Source: Macrostomum lignano
Lineage: Eukaryota
Length of the DNA: 64,000 nt
Assembly (NCBI GenBank): GCA_002269645.1
Contig: NIVC01001024.1
Coordinates: forward strand, 62,001-126,000
Direction of reading: 5' to 3'
The notes beneath the pieces were generated by a model. That model was not told the DNA's origin. It ran no database searches and saw only the letters and a program-made list of their open reading frames with translations. Position numbers and translations under genes: made by a program. Positions 17,876 through 30,177 of this stretch are shown here, piece by piece. The stretch's first letter is position 1, and each line of letters opens with the position of its first letter.

Positions 17876-18469
17876 TTAATGGTTTCGTATGGAGTGCCGG
17901 ATTTACTATGAGTAGTAGCAACGAATTGGCTTTTCACATCTTTTTAAGCAAAGCCAATTAATGCCAATGAAAATAACCCTGACGTGCATATCTCCTTTAC
18001 TTTGTAATTCTCACAATAAATAAGTGTAAATTTTTATCCTATTTTTTCAATCTATTTAAGATCGATTAAATGAAAACCACAGCCTCGTAGGGAGGAATAA
18101 GTCCTATGGAGCAGACAAATATGCACGGTTCAGTAGCAGAATAAATCGATATAAAAAGCCATTCAAGAAATACAATTTTTGCCCACTCGTACAATTGTGC
18201 AGTTTAGATCCTTTTCGTCTCTTAAGTCTCGTTGTCTCAGTAATTTCCCTCCTTAGGGTTGGGAAAGCTACGTAAATGTATTGATATTAAAGTGCCTGCT
18301 CCCCATTTAGTACTGTACAGTGCTTTCCTAATTCACAAATACTAAATGGGTACGCGCTAGCCTCTAAATACACTCTGTGCAGGTAGAGAGCATAAGTTGC
18401 AAGAAGCAAAGCTGAAACGCACTAGCGCAGTTCCTACACGAAGCTGCCAACAGCAGAAAATCAGCAATC

Positions 18470-20228
18470 ATGCCACCTGCTCCTTGTTCAGCAATCATGC
18501 CACCTGCTCCTTGTTCAATGCGCCTCTGTCGCAGCCCCGCCATTGGCGAGTCACCTGTAACCTGCCAGCCTCTCTGCCACCTGCACATGCAGCAAGACTT
18601 CATCGAAGTAGACGAGGCTCAAGCCAGAGTAGCCCACAAAGTGCAGCTCTTTAAGAAGTACCAGGAGCCTATGAGACTGATGCAGCAGAGACTCACATCC
18701 GACCTGCAGCTGCTCGATGACACCTTTACCGACCTGAGAGAGACATTGGACAGGTGTCAAAGTGAGCTCGTTGCTGTCGTTACCAAACAGCATGACCAGC
18801 TCATGGACCACCTGTCAAGTGTCTCAGACATGAATGACTTTGAAAAAGAGCTAAAGAAAGCCAAAGATGACAAAAATACGAGGCAGGCCTTCCTCATAAA
18901 CAGGAGCATGGAGGGATCGCTGAAGACATTGCAGCTGGACTCGAATCTGGTGAGATTGGATGAGGAAAGTCAGACAGTCGAAATCGCAGCTTACCCGGAT
19001 TTGAACTCGAGAATAAGAGGGCTTGAGACCGGACTGAGAGCTGAGTTGGTTTTACTCGGAAAACTCGTTGAGCAGTTTGGTGCTGCTGCCGAGTCCATTC
19101 AGACTGATGATGAAATTGTACTTCGAGCAGAAGAGAGCAAAAGCGAGGCAGAGATTCTAGCGAGATCGGTATGTCTCACAGTGTGCAGCAACACCACTGG
19201 TTTTGTCGTTGGCGAGTTAGGTGTAATTGAGAAGGCTACTGAGGATTGCAATGACTGTCTGCCACAACCGAGTATCTTTGTAGCTGTCCTTCCTGAAGCT
19301 GATCAAGGGCAGCAACTCTGCTCAGAGACAATAGATAAAAGCCGTTCAAGCCCGAAAGACATGGCCTTTAAAATTTTGCTGCTCTCCGATGATGCAAACG
19401 AAGTTGGACGCCTGACGTGCAGCTGGGAGGCCGATCAGCCGATCCGAGATCTCCACTGCGACAATGAGCGACAGCTGCTGTTCATCGCTCAGGAGACATC
19501 GGTGACAGTGGCCGACCTCAGCGGAGCTCTCAAGTCAAGAATCTGCGTCACCGAGTTGCACGAAGGCGCTACGGAGCTGTGGTGCATTGCTGGAAACTGC
19601 GACAAGCTGTTTGCTCTAATTGAAAAGCCAGATCGACATCTGGCCATTGTGGGAGTCGAGAAAGACTCTGGTAAGGTTCAACTGGCTTTTCCCATACCCA
19701 GTGGTTGTGAGCTCATGAGAGATGGTTCGAAAATGTCAGTCAGAGACCAGATGCTGTTCTTGTCGGATAGGTGGAATGTTTCCACTATCTGCATCATTAC
19801 TACGAGCTAAGAAACTGATCAACTCAAGGTCGTTCTGTATGGGACCATGCCAGACGCAGGGCTTGTGCAGAGACACAGAAGATGAGGCCTATGCCGTGGC
19901 TTGGGAGAACTCTTCTGCAGCAGAATTTCAACTTGTTCCGTGCGCACCTTCACTCACACTGTGGCCGACATCCGAGACTCCGCAGTACATCCTGTCCTCT
20001 GATGCAGGTGTTCAGTACAAAGTGGCAAAGGTGGAGAATTATCGAGTCATTGTTACAACCTGGCGAATCGAATATGTGAACAGAGATGACATTGAATACG
20101 ATGATGAATATGAAGACGAAGATCAAGATCAAGATGAAGACGAAGATCAAGATCAAGAAGAAGACATCATCAACATTCGCATCATCAACAAACAACAGCT
20201 AAGCAAAATTCATTCGCATCACAGTTAA
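18470..20228 (+). pseudogene. Paralog 1 of the Cys/His + coiled-coil + beta-rich family; frameshift at ~19805; acidic tail
   Basis: ORFs 18470-19810 and 19722-20228 align to intact paralog 2; net +7 nt at attact-acgagctaagaaa-ctgatc. Confidence 0.85.
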
Positions 20229-20235
20229 ACTGCAG

Positions 20236-22983
20236 TTAAACAGCATTTAATCGCATCAGCTTCTTCCTCTCTTCAGCTCTCTTTATTCCTGTTGTACGCC
20301 CCCGCTTTCTCTGCTGAGCGAGCGTCCTCTGACTGTTGCACCATTGATGCAGGCGAAGTCTGGCAAACAACTTGGCCATTGCCTTAGCACAGCGTTCGCC
20401 GTGATCCGAGCTGTGCGTCTGAATATTAGCAAGAACAATGGGAAAGAACTTTTCCTGAAGCCGTTTGCTCACGTCCTTCAGAACGAACAGCTCTTTGTCC
20501 GTTGTCATGAAGGTGCGCTCCATCTGACAGACTGCAGATATGACTGCCTTGTTGGGAATGATCAGTTTTCCAGTCCCGCCCTGTCCGTTCTTGAGCTGCA
20601 GGAAGCGCATCTCTCCCCAGCCATCGCCTTTTAACGACTGCAGGCACTCCTCGCACTTTTCCTCAGATTTGAATAGCTTGAAAAGCAGCCAGCCTCCAAT
20701 GTAGGCGCACTTCTCATTCTCAAGGCTGCCGACTGTGCCAGCAGGCAGGTCTTGAGCTTCCTCAGTGAAGTCTGCTGAAATCAGACCATCGCCCTGCGGA
20801 CCAGGACTGGGCGCACTTGCACTTGCTGTTACTTTGGCCTGAAACTCGGTCAGCAAGGTGCTGCCATCGTTCTCGCAGTTGCTGTTGGTCTGCGATAGAC
20901 AGCCCAACAAGTGGTTGACAGATAAAGACCTCAGTGCCGCCACGGCTTCTCGGCACTCCGGTCTGTCATTGAAGCCGCCTCTACGCCGGATGCAATAAAA
21001 TCCGTTTTCGACGTGATCCTGTGTTAGCTGTCTCACCATCACCTTCTCAGTACTGTCGACTTAAAGGGCTTGCTCTGCGATTTGCTGAATCGACCTCAAA
21101 CTGTATTGCCAGCCAGTATTGAACTTCATTCCGTTCACTTTGACCCCATCCTTGTGAAAATCCAAAGCCTGCAACCAGTTACACCAATAATCGATTTCGG
21201 AATTCTTCGCGTCCCTGTTGTCAATTGTAATTCCATCTCGAGCCATTTGACGAATCGAAGAGAGCATCAACAAGCTCGCAGAACCTGGCGGTATGCAGAG
21301 CAGTGTCACTGACAATTACACCGTACTCAACGTAGACACGCAAAGCCTGTGCCATGGTTCGTGACAAGACCTGAGCAGCTAGCTTGACGCTCATATTCTT
21401 GCCAATTGTAAGATTGACGTGAACTTCCTTTAACTTGGGCCCCAGTCGGAATTGATCAGGCTTACTAAATTCAGTTTCTGCGACAGCTAAGATGTCGGCC
21501 CAGCAAGCGATCTGCCGCTGTCCATTGTCATCAAAATGAATGAAATGAATAATTTCATGAGCGCGTTTCGCATGTTCTTCAAACAGTGAGGAACATCCAC
21601 TACAGCTGAAATTCGAACGACACTGACGTCGATTTCGATGCTCATCTTAGGACTGTCGGCATTTGCGCCCAGATCACGAATGCACTTCCACTGTGTCGCT
21701 TCTTGGTCGCAGACAATCGCGTACACTTTCAGGCCCATTCTTGTGACAGCGGCGACAGCTTCAGTGAGAATTTGCTTGAATCTCAGAGCTCCTGGTGCAT
21801 GGTGCAAGAGTTAGAATCCGACTGGCTGCTTCCAGTTCGAGCAGAATCCTCTGACCCAGACGACAACCAGCTCGTCTGCAACCGTCGAGGTCCTACCACC
21901 CGCACTAGGGCCACAATCCTCAAATCCGATAATTTGGTCTGCATTTGGATCAAATCTTACCGACGGTGTGATTGCCATGCCATCAAGGCTGATGGTGCAC
22001 ATTTTCTCAGCTTCCGTCATTGAAACTGCAGCTGCTGCAACACTGCCCTCAATTATTGGACAGATGCCAGAATTGCGCACACAAGATCCAATTTTCTGTC
22101 GAAGTGTCGATCTACATGGCAAGAGAAAACCGATGTGCGCATAAATCAATGTGATCTCGGACTGTAATGCAACAGACCAATTGCCAGGCGTTGGGTTGCA
22201 CGCGACCAAGTCGGACGGCGCTTTTTCGAATTCTGCAACTGATCCTTGATGAATTCCTTCACCACTGGGGTCATCTGACTCAGTTGTGAGCAGTGGCATT
22301 TCACTCGATCATTGCGGAGCTTTGCATTTTCTGCAAGCAGCGTTTTATATTTAGCTTGAACAAGCGCCAGTTTTCGGTTCAAATTGCTGAATTTTCGGTT
22401 CTGCTGCCTCAATCTCGCCGATAAGTATGCAGCTGATGACGGCTTGCGGCCTCTTGCCGGAAGACTTTCGCTTTCAGTTTTGGCAACACCGACATCACTC
22501 TCGACCCCATGCACGACTGGGTGCGATCCCGAGTCAGTCGTTTCTCGACACTTCGGAGGTGGCCACTGCCGAGGCTCTGGAATTTCCTTGTAAAATTGAA
22601 GGCTTGGGTACGCACGGTCAGACAGCCTGGTGGATGTATCATGTCGGAGTCTTGGACATGAGTACATTTCATCCGTAAAATGGTGGCTGCACACAACGGC
22701 ACACTTTCATTTGCCTTCGTTTATTTTTCCAAGAAGATCGGCTCGAAAAATGCGTCTGGCCCAGTCTTCGCATCTGAAATTTGAATTTGCGCCAGAATTG
22801 AAGATTAGCCATGTTTTTAATTGTGTGAATTGCGATGCCGGTTGTACGAGGGTATTTCAAAAGTTCGTAGACTTGGTTGTAGGTCGTAGTCAAATGGCTC
22901 TTGACTGCTCCTTGGAGAATGCAGTAAATGCAGTGGGGGGGTTCAGAGTTTGATCGCAGATTTCTCGCGGTCATTTCAGTCAA
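20236..22983 (-). pseudogene. THAP-domain P-element-family transposase, decayed
   Basis: RCEDWARR..ADL...VCSHHF..AYPSL (THAP); CTISLDGM..D.IIGFED..WKQPVGF; IVCDQ; DVPHCLKNMRN; LTQDHVENGF.CIRRRGGFND.P; several stops and frameshifts; no TIRs found. Confidence 0.88.
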
Positions 22984-23354
22984 TTTTGCTGAAAATTTAG
23001 CTGCAGGCTGTAGATATATGGAATAATACTTGTGAAAATTTTCAAGGGCATATGTTTAAGGGGAGATGGCTACTCTACGAACTTTTGAAAGACCCCTCAT
23101 ATAATAAATTTACTGGTCTGGATTTTCCAACCATGCTGCGCAGAAAAGCTCAGACTGAACTTAATTTTCAGTCAAGTGAAAACCTTTCCTTTCCTTTTCC
23201 TTTTTCATTTTCATTCATAGAATAGTCTATGGCAAAAACTCGAGCCCTACTTATCAAAGCTTTAAAACAAGTGTGGGCTGGTGTGATTTTAATTCTTGTA
23301 CCGATTTTTTAAACAAAAATGATCGAATCGGCATTCCGTATATTCTGTGTTGAG

Positions 23355-23774
23355 AACTGACATCACTTACTCGTACAACGGTAAGGCCCGTGTTAATTCG
23401 TGCATTGACTTGTGATACTCATAACCCTAAAAACTTTATAACCAGAGAGAAAACTGCTTCGCTGCGACACCGCATAAGTTTAAAGTTCTCAGCTATGGTA
23501 GCATCTCATTCCATCTTATTCGCTTTTTCTCTTGTCTATTTTTCAAGAGAATACACCCATTTTTAAACCCAATTTTTTCATAAAAACTGTACAGTGAAAG
23601 GCAGTCTGTTCATTTATCTCATGCCGCAAACACTGTATTCTGCAAACACCAATTGTCACAAACTTGACAGTACATTAATTCTTGCTGGCTGCTGCGCACA
23701 CCGCAGGATACAAAAACAGAACCACAAACATAGATAGTTCGCTGTGCGAAGATTCATCTCAAATACAGACAGCC
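23355..23774 (+). repeat. Upstream region duplicated with paralog 3 (copy at ~25895-26335)
   Basis: ctgacatcac..gtacaacggtaaggcccgtg through caaatacagacagccATG aligns between the two copies. Confidence 0.9.
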
Positions 23775-25391
23775 ATGGAGACAGAAAGCTGTTCAGTGCG
23801 CCTCTGCCGCAGTCCCGCTGTTGGCGAGTCACCTGTAACCTGCCAGCCTCTCTGCGACCTGCACATGCAGCAAGACTTCATCGAAGTAGACGAAGCTGAA
23901 GCCAGAGTAGCCCACAAAGTGCAGCTCTTCAAGAAGTACCAGGAGCCCATGAGACTGATGCAGCAGAGACTCACATCCGACCTGCAGCTGCTCGATGACA
24001 CCTTTACCGACCTGAGAGAGACATTGGACAGGTGTCAAAGTGAGCTCGTTGCCGTCGTTACCAAACAGCATGACCAACTGATGGACCATCTGTCAAGTGT
24101 CTCAGAGCTGGAAGACTTCGAGAAGGAGCTAAAGAGAGCCAAAGATGACAAAAACACGAGGCAGGCCTTCCTCATCAACAGGAGCATGGAGGGATGGCTG
24201 AAGACATTGCAGCTGGACTCGAATCTGGTGAGATTGGATGAGGAAAGTCAGACAGTCGAAATCGCAGCTTACCCGGATTTGAACTCGAGAATAAGAGAGC
24301 TTGAGACCGCTATGAGCGCCGAGTTGGTTTTACTCAGAAAACTCGTTGAACAGTTTGATGCTGCTACCGTTTCTAGGCAGATTGATGACGAAGTTGTACT
24401 TCAAGCAGAAGAGAGCAAAATCGAGGCAAGGAGGCTGAAGACGACTGCAGCATGTCTCACAGTGTGCAGCAACACCACAGGTTTTTTTGTAGACGAGTCA
24501 GGTGTGATTGAGAAGACTACTGAGGATTGCAGCGACTGTCTGCCACAGCCGAGTATCTTCGTAGCAGTTCAACCTGAAGCTGATCAAGAGCAGCAACTCT
24601 GCTTCGAGAGATTACATAAAAGCAGTTCAAGCCCGAAAGACATGGCCTTTAAAATTTTGCTGCTATCCGATGAGGCCAAAGAAGTTGGACGTCTGTCGTG
24701 CAGCTGGGAGGCCGATCAGCCGATCCGAGATCTCCACTGCGACAATGAGCGACAGCTGCTGTTCATCGCTCAGGAGGCATCGGTGACAGTGACCGACCTC
24801 AGCGGAGCTCTCAAGTCAAGAATCGGCATTACAGAGTTGCGCGAAGGCACCAAGGAGCTGTGTTGCATTGCTGGAAACTGCGACAAGCTGTTTACTCTAG
24901 TTGAAGAGCGAGACAGTAGTCTGGCCATTGTGGGAGTCGAGAAAGACTCTGGAAAGGTTCAACTGGCTTGTCCCATACCCAGAGATTGTGAGCTCGTTAA
25001 AGAAAATACGAAAATGTCAGTCAGAGATCAGATGTTGTTCTTGTCTGATAGGCGCGATGTTTTCACTGTCTGCATCATTACTAATAAGCTGATCAACTCG
25101 AGGTCGCTCCGTCGGAGGCCCTGGCAGATGCCAGGTTTGTGCAGAGACACAAAAGACCAGGTCTATGCTGTGGCTGGGGAGAACTCTTCTCCAGCTGAAT
25201 TTCAGCTGGCTATCTGCGCACCTTCACTGACACGAAAGCCGATATCAAAGACACCGCAGTACATCCTGTCCTCTGATGCAGGCGCTCAGTGCAAAGTGGC
25301 AAAGGTGGAGAATGGTCGAGTCATTGTGAAAACCTGCCGTATTGACTGTGTGAACAGTAATGAAGATGAAGACGAAGACGAAGAAGGGTGA
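23775..25391 (+). CDS. Paralog 2, intact, 538 aa, intronless; B-box-like C-x4-C-x11-C-x3-C-x2-H motif, coiled coil, predicted beta-propeller-like C-terminal half
   Basis: ATG 23775 in GCCATGG context; CSVRLCRSPAVGESPVTCQPLCDLH; heptad-rich LQLLDDTFTDLRETLDRCQSEL; WEADQPIRDLHCD block. The domain names are inference. Confidence 0.8.
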   Translation: METESCSVRLCRSPAVGESPVTCQPLCDLHMQQDFIEVDEAEARVAHKVQLFKKYQEPMRLMQQRLTSDLQLLDDTFTDLRETLDRCQSELVAVVTKQHDQLMDHLSSVSELEDFEKELKRAKDDKNTRQAFLINRSMEGWLKTLQLDSNLVRLDEESQTVEIAAYPDLNSRIRELETAMSAELVLLRKLVEQFDAATVSRQIDDEVVLQAEESKIEARRLKTTAACLTVCSNTTGFFVDESGVIEKTTEDCSDCLPQPSIFVAVQPEADQEQQLCFERLHKSSSSPKDMAFKILLLSDEAKEVGRLSCSWEADQPIRDLHCDNERQLLFIAQEASVTVTDLSGALKSRIGITELREGTKELCCIAGNCDKLFTLVEERDSSLAIVGVEKDSGKVQLACPIPRDCELVKENTKMSVRDQMLFLSDRRDVFTVCIITNKLINSRSLRRRPWQMPGLCRDTKDQVYAVAGENSSPAEFQLAICAPSLTRKPISKTPQYILSSDAGAQCKVAKVENGRVIVKTCRIDCVNSNEDEDEDEEG

Positions 25392-25784
25392 TTCAATTTT
25401 CGGCAAGGAAAAAGAGCCAACTATAGCTTCTGCAGCGGCAGGAACCATTCGAGTATCGGATGCTAAATAATTATGAGAATACACTTAAAGACAGTTTTCT
25501 GTTCCGTTTTACTTTTTTGGGTTAGTAGTGGCCTTGTCACTCATTTATATCAATTTCTTCTGACCTTATTACTACGATTACTACGTATGCCGTTTTGCAG
25601 GGTCCTGTTAAAAGTACTAAATATAAAACTTTTGAAAAAGACAGAGTTTCTAATACCAATTTTGTTAGAGCGTTATCAAACCATAAACCTTTATTAAACC
25701 TAAATCATTGCATGTATATACCAAGAAGTTTGAGAAAATAGTTTTTGAGGAACGACATGGCTCCCACTGTAGACGTAAAAGTAT

Positions 25785-25840
25785 ATGACTGGAGACTCTC
25801 ATAGATGACTGAAGAGTCTCATATATGACTGGAGAGTTCT
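25785..25840. repeat. Short relic of the gactgg(a/g)gactctcatagat minisatellite
   Basis: Same unit as 32590-32880. Confidence 0.7.
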
Positions 25841-26335
25841 AAAATGTTTAAAAAATCTTTATTATGGTCACATTGCATAAAATGAGAGCGTTAAGAGCTG
25901 ACATCACATACTTGTACAACGGTAAGGCCCGTGGTAATTTGTGCATAGACTTCTGATAGTCATTACCCTAAATACTTTAAAACCAAAGAGAGAAAACTTC
26001 TTCTCTGCGACACAGCAGAAGCTTAAAGTTCTGAGCTATGCTAGTATCTACGCTCGTATTTCCATCTCATTCGTTTTCTTTTTTTTTCTATTTTACAAGA
26101 GAGTACACTCATTTTCTAACCCAAATTTTCTTCCATTATCTACGGTACCTTGTAAGGCAGTTTGTACATTAATCTCATGCTGCATACATCATGTTCCATT
26201 CTTCAAACACCAATTGTCACAAACTTGACAGTACATTAATTCTTGCTGGCTGCTGCGCACACCGCAGGTTACAAAAACACAACCACAAACACAGATAGTT
26301 CGCTGTGCGAAGATTCATCTCAAATACAGACAGCC

Positions 26336-28731
26336 ATGGAGACAGAAAGCTGTTCAGTGCGCCTCTGCCGCAGTCCCGCTGTTGGCGAGTCACCTGTAAC
26401 CTGCCAGCCTCTCTGCCACCTGCACATGCAGCAAGACTTCATCGAAGTAGATGAGGCTGAAGCCAGAGTAGCCCACAAAGTGCAGCTCTTCAAGAAGTAC
26501 CAGGAGCCCATGAGACTGATGCAGCAGAGACTCACATCCGACCTGCAGCTGCTCGATGACACCTTTACCGACCTGAGAGAGACATTGGACAGGTGCCAAA
26601 GTGAGCTCGTTGCTGTCGTTACCAAACAGCATGACCAACTCATGGACCATCTGTCAAGTGTCTCAGAGCTGGACGACTTCGTCAAGGAGCTAAAGAGGGC
26701 CAAGGATGACAACAACCCGAGGCAGGCTTCCTCATCAACAGGAGCATGGAGGGATCGCTGAAGACATTGCAGCTGGACTCGAATCTGGTGAGATTGGATG
26801 AGGAAAGTCAGACAGTCGAAATCGCAGCTTACCCGGATTTGAACTCGAGAATAAGAGAGCTTGAGACCGGACTGAGAGCTGAGTTGGTTTTACTTAGAAA
26901 ACTCGCCGAGCAGTTTGATGCTGCTGCCGATTCTAGGCGTTTTGATGAAGAAATTGTACTTCAAGCAGAAGAGAGCATAAGCGAGACGGAAGTGTTGACG
27001 ACTGCAGTATGTCTCACAGTGTGCAGCAACACCACAGGTTTTGTCGTTGACGAGTCAGGTGTGATTGAGGCTTGTGAGGATTGCAGTGACTGTCTGCCAC
27101 AGCCGAGTATCTTTGTAGCTGTCGAAACTGAAGCTGATCAAGACCAGCAACTCCCCCCAGAGTCAATACATGCAAGCAGTTCAAACCCGAATGACATGGC
27201 GTTTAAAATTTTGCTGTTCTCCGATGATGCAATAGAAGTTGGACGCCTGACGTGCAGCTGGGAGGCCGATCAGCCGATCCGAGATCTACACTGCGACAAT
27301 GAGCGACAGCTGCTGTTCATCGCTCAGGAGACAGCGGTGACAGTGACCGACCTCAGCGGAGCTCTCAAGTCAAGAATCTGCATTACCGAGTTGTTCGACA
27401 GATCTAAGGAGCTGTGGTGCATTGATGGGAACTGCGACAAGCTGTTTGCTCTAACAGAAGAACAAGACGGCAGTCTGGCCATTGTGGGAGTCGAGAAAGA
27501 CTCTGGAAAGGTTCAAGTGGCTTTTCCCATACCCAGTGGTTGTGAGCTCTTTAAAGAAGTTACGAAAATGTCAGTCAGAGATCAGATGTTGTTCTTGTCT
27601 AATAGGCGCAATGTTTTCACTGTCTGCATCATTACTAAAAAGCTGATCAACTCGAGGTCACTCCGTCAGAGTCCCTTGCAGATGGCAGGTTTTTGCAGAG
27701 ACACAGAAGACCTTGTATATGCTGTTGCTGGGGAGAACTCTTCTACAGCTGAATTTCAACTGGCTCCCTGCGCATCTTCGCTGAAACTGCAGCCGATATC
27801 AGAGACACCGCAGTACATCCTGTCCTCTGATGCAGGCGCTCAGTGCAAAGTAGCACAGTTAGAGAATGGTCAAGTCATTGTGACGACCTGGCGAATCGAA
27901 TACGTGAACAAAATTGAAGATGAAGATGGGGACAATGGCAGGGGTGTCGGTACACAGAGCATCAGACTATCAGAACCAGGAGCGACGCCGCACCGTCAAC
28001 CGAGCCCCCTGGCTTCTCAGTTCCACGATCGTCAGACGCAGCCGCTCCCGCTGCCGCAGCCGCAGCAGATGCAGCAGATGCAGCATCAGCAGCAGCAGCC
28101 GCATCAGATGCATCAGATGCAGCATCAGCAGCAGCAGCCGCATCAGATGCATCAGATGCAGCATCAGCAGCAGCAGCCGCATCAGATGCATCAGATGCAG
28201 CATCAGCAGCAGCAGCCGCATCAGCAATATCAGCCATATCAGCAAAACCAGCTGCATCAGCAATATCAGCTACATCAGCAATATCAGCTGCATCAGCAAT
28301 ATCAGCCATATCAGCAAAACCAGCTGCATCAGCAATATCAGCTGCCTCAGCAATATCAGCTGCATCAGCAATATCAGCTGCATCAGCAATATCAGCTACA
28401 TCAGCAATATCAGCTGCATCAGCAATATCAGCTGCATCAGCAAAATCAGCTGCCTCAGCAATATCAGCTGCCTCAGCAAAATCAGCTGCCTCAGCAAAAT
28501 CAGCTGCCTCAGCAAAATCAGCTGCCTCAGCAAAATCAGCTGCCTCAGCAAAATCAGCTGCCTCAGCAAAATCAGCTGCCTCAGCAAAATCAGCTGCCTC
28601 AGCAAAATCAGCTGCCTCAGCAAAATCAGCTGCCTCAGCAAAATCAGCTGCCTCAGCAAAATCAGCTGCCTCAGCAAAATCAGCTGCCTCAGCAAAATCA
28701 GCTGCCTCAGCAAAATCAGCAGCATCAATAG
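26336..28731 (+). pseudogene. Paralog 3; 1-bp deletion at ~26727; long Q-rich tail
   Basis: aggcaggcttcctc versus aggcaggccttcctc in paralogs 1 and 2; may be a long-read indel error. Confidence 0.8.
28060..28728 (+). repeat. Coding tandem repeats: 36-bp (HQMHQMQHQQQQP-type) then 18-bp (QQYQLH grading to QQNQLP)
   Basis: Direct reading, in frame with paralog 3. Confidence 0.95.
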
Positions 28732-28765
28732 AAGCACTGGTGACAGTTAACTGGGTAAATATTTT

Positions 28766-29887
28766 TCTATATGTAATACCTTTGTCACACATATCAATCT
28801 GTAATACCTTTGTCACCCATATCAATCTGTAATACCTTTGTCACCCATATCAATCTGTAATACCTTTGTCACCCATATCAATCTGTAATACCTTTGTCAC
28901 CCATATCAATCTGTAATACCTTTGTCACCCATATCAATCTGTAATACCTTTGTCACCCATATCAATCTGTAATACCTTTGTCACCCATATCAATCTGTAA
29001 TACCTTTGTCACCCATATCTATATGTAATACCTTTGTCACCCATATCAATCTGTAATACCTTTGTCACCCATATCAATCTGTAATACCTTTGTCACCCAT
29101 ATCAATCTGTAATACCTTTGTCACCCATATCTATATGTAATACCTTTGTCACCCATATCAATCTGTAATACCTTTGTCACCCATATCTATATGTAATACC
29201 TTTGTCACCCATATCAATCTGTAATACCTTTGTCACCCATATCAATCTGTAATACCTTTGTCACCCATATCAATCTGTAATACCTTTGTCACCCATATCT
29301 ATATGTAATACCTTTGTCACCCATATCAATCTGTAATACCTTTGTCACCCATATCAATCTGTAATACCTTTGTCACCCATATCAATCTGTAATACCTTTG
29401 TCACCCATATCTATATGTAATACCTTTGTCACCCATATCAATCTGTAATACCTTTGTCACCCATATCAATCTGTAATACCTTTGTCACCCATATCAATAT
29501 GTAATAGCTTTGTCACCCATATCAATCTGTAATACCTTTGTCACCCATATCAATCTGTAATACCTTTGTCACCCATATCAATCTGTAATAACTTTGTCAC
29601 CCATATCTATATGTAATACCTTTGTCACCCATATCTATATGTAATACCTTTGTCACCCATATCAATATATAATAGCTTTGTCAGCCATATCAATCTGTAA
29701 TACCTTTGTCACCCATATCAATCTGTAATACCTTTGTCACCCATATCAATCTGTAATACCTTTGTCACCCATATCAATCTGTAATACCTTTGTCACCCAT
29801 ATCTATATGTAATACCTTTTTCATCCATATCAATATGTAATAGCTTTGCCACCCATATTAATATGTAATACCTTTGTCACCCATATC
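28766..29887. repeat. 28-bp satellite tgtaatacctttgtcacccatatcaatc, about 40 units
   Basis: Direct reading. Confidence 0.97.
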
Positions 29888-30177
29888 GATTTGCAGTAGC
29901 CCTAACAGTATGCCATTTTGCTGTGTCCTAATTAAAAACACAAAATGAGAAAAAAATACAGCCTTCCATAATCCTTTATTTAAAGCGTGGTCAAACCGCA
30001 AAACTTCGTCAGACTAAATTATTTTCGAACTATGAATAAGCTGTGAATTTATTTTCATGACAAACGACATATCTCCTCCTGTAAAAGCACAATACCCTAC
30101 AGTACAGGACAATTTCAGACAGCAGAAATACTAGAAAAATGCAGTTTATTAAAAACTTCACTAGACGACACGAGAGG

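Noticed and set aside
20201-23240. TIR/TSD pair for the P transposase (gcaaaatt|cat ... atg|gcaaaaac)
   Set aside because: No TIR match beyond CAT, and the left word is part of a local cattcgcatca duplication
25690-25775. Tc1-like end (ggctcccactg|ta)
   Set aside because: No partner inverted repeat found
27914-28825. Alternative-frame and antisense ORFs (SCISNI, ADFAEA, LLRQLI repeats)
   Set aside because: Frames of the same coding repeat; only the Q-rich frame is continuous with the paralog
28766-29887. CRISPR array
   Set aside because: Head-to-tail units with no unique spacers, no cas genes, eukaryotic context; the same applies to 50808-51135 and 60328-60645
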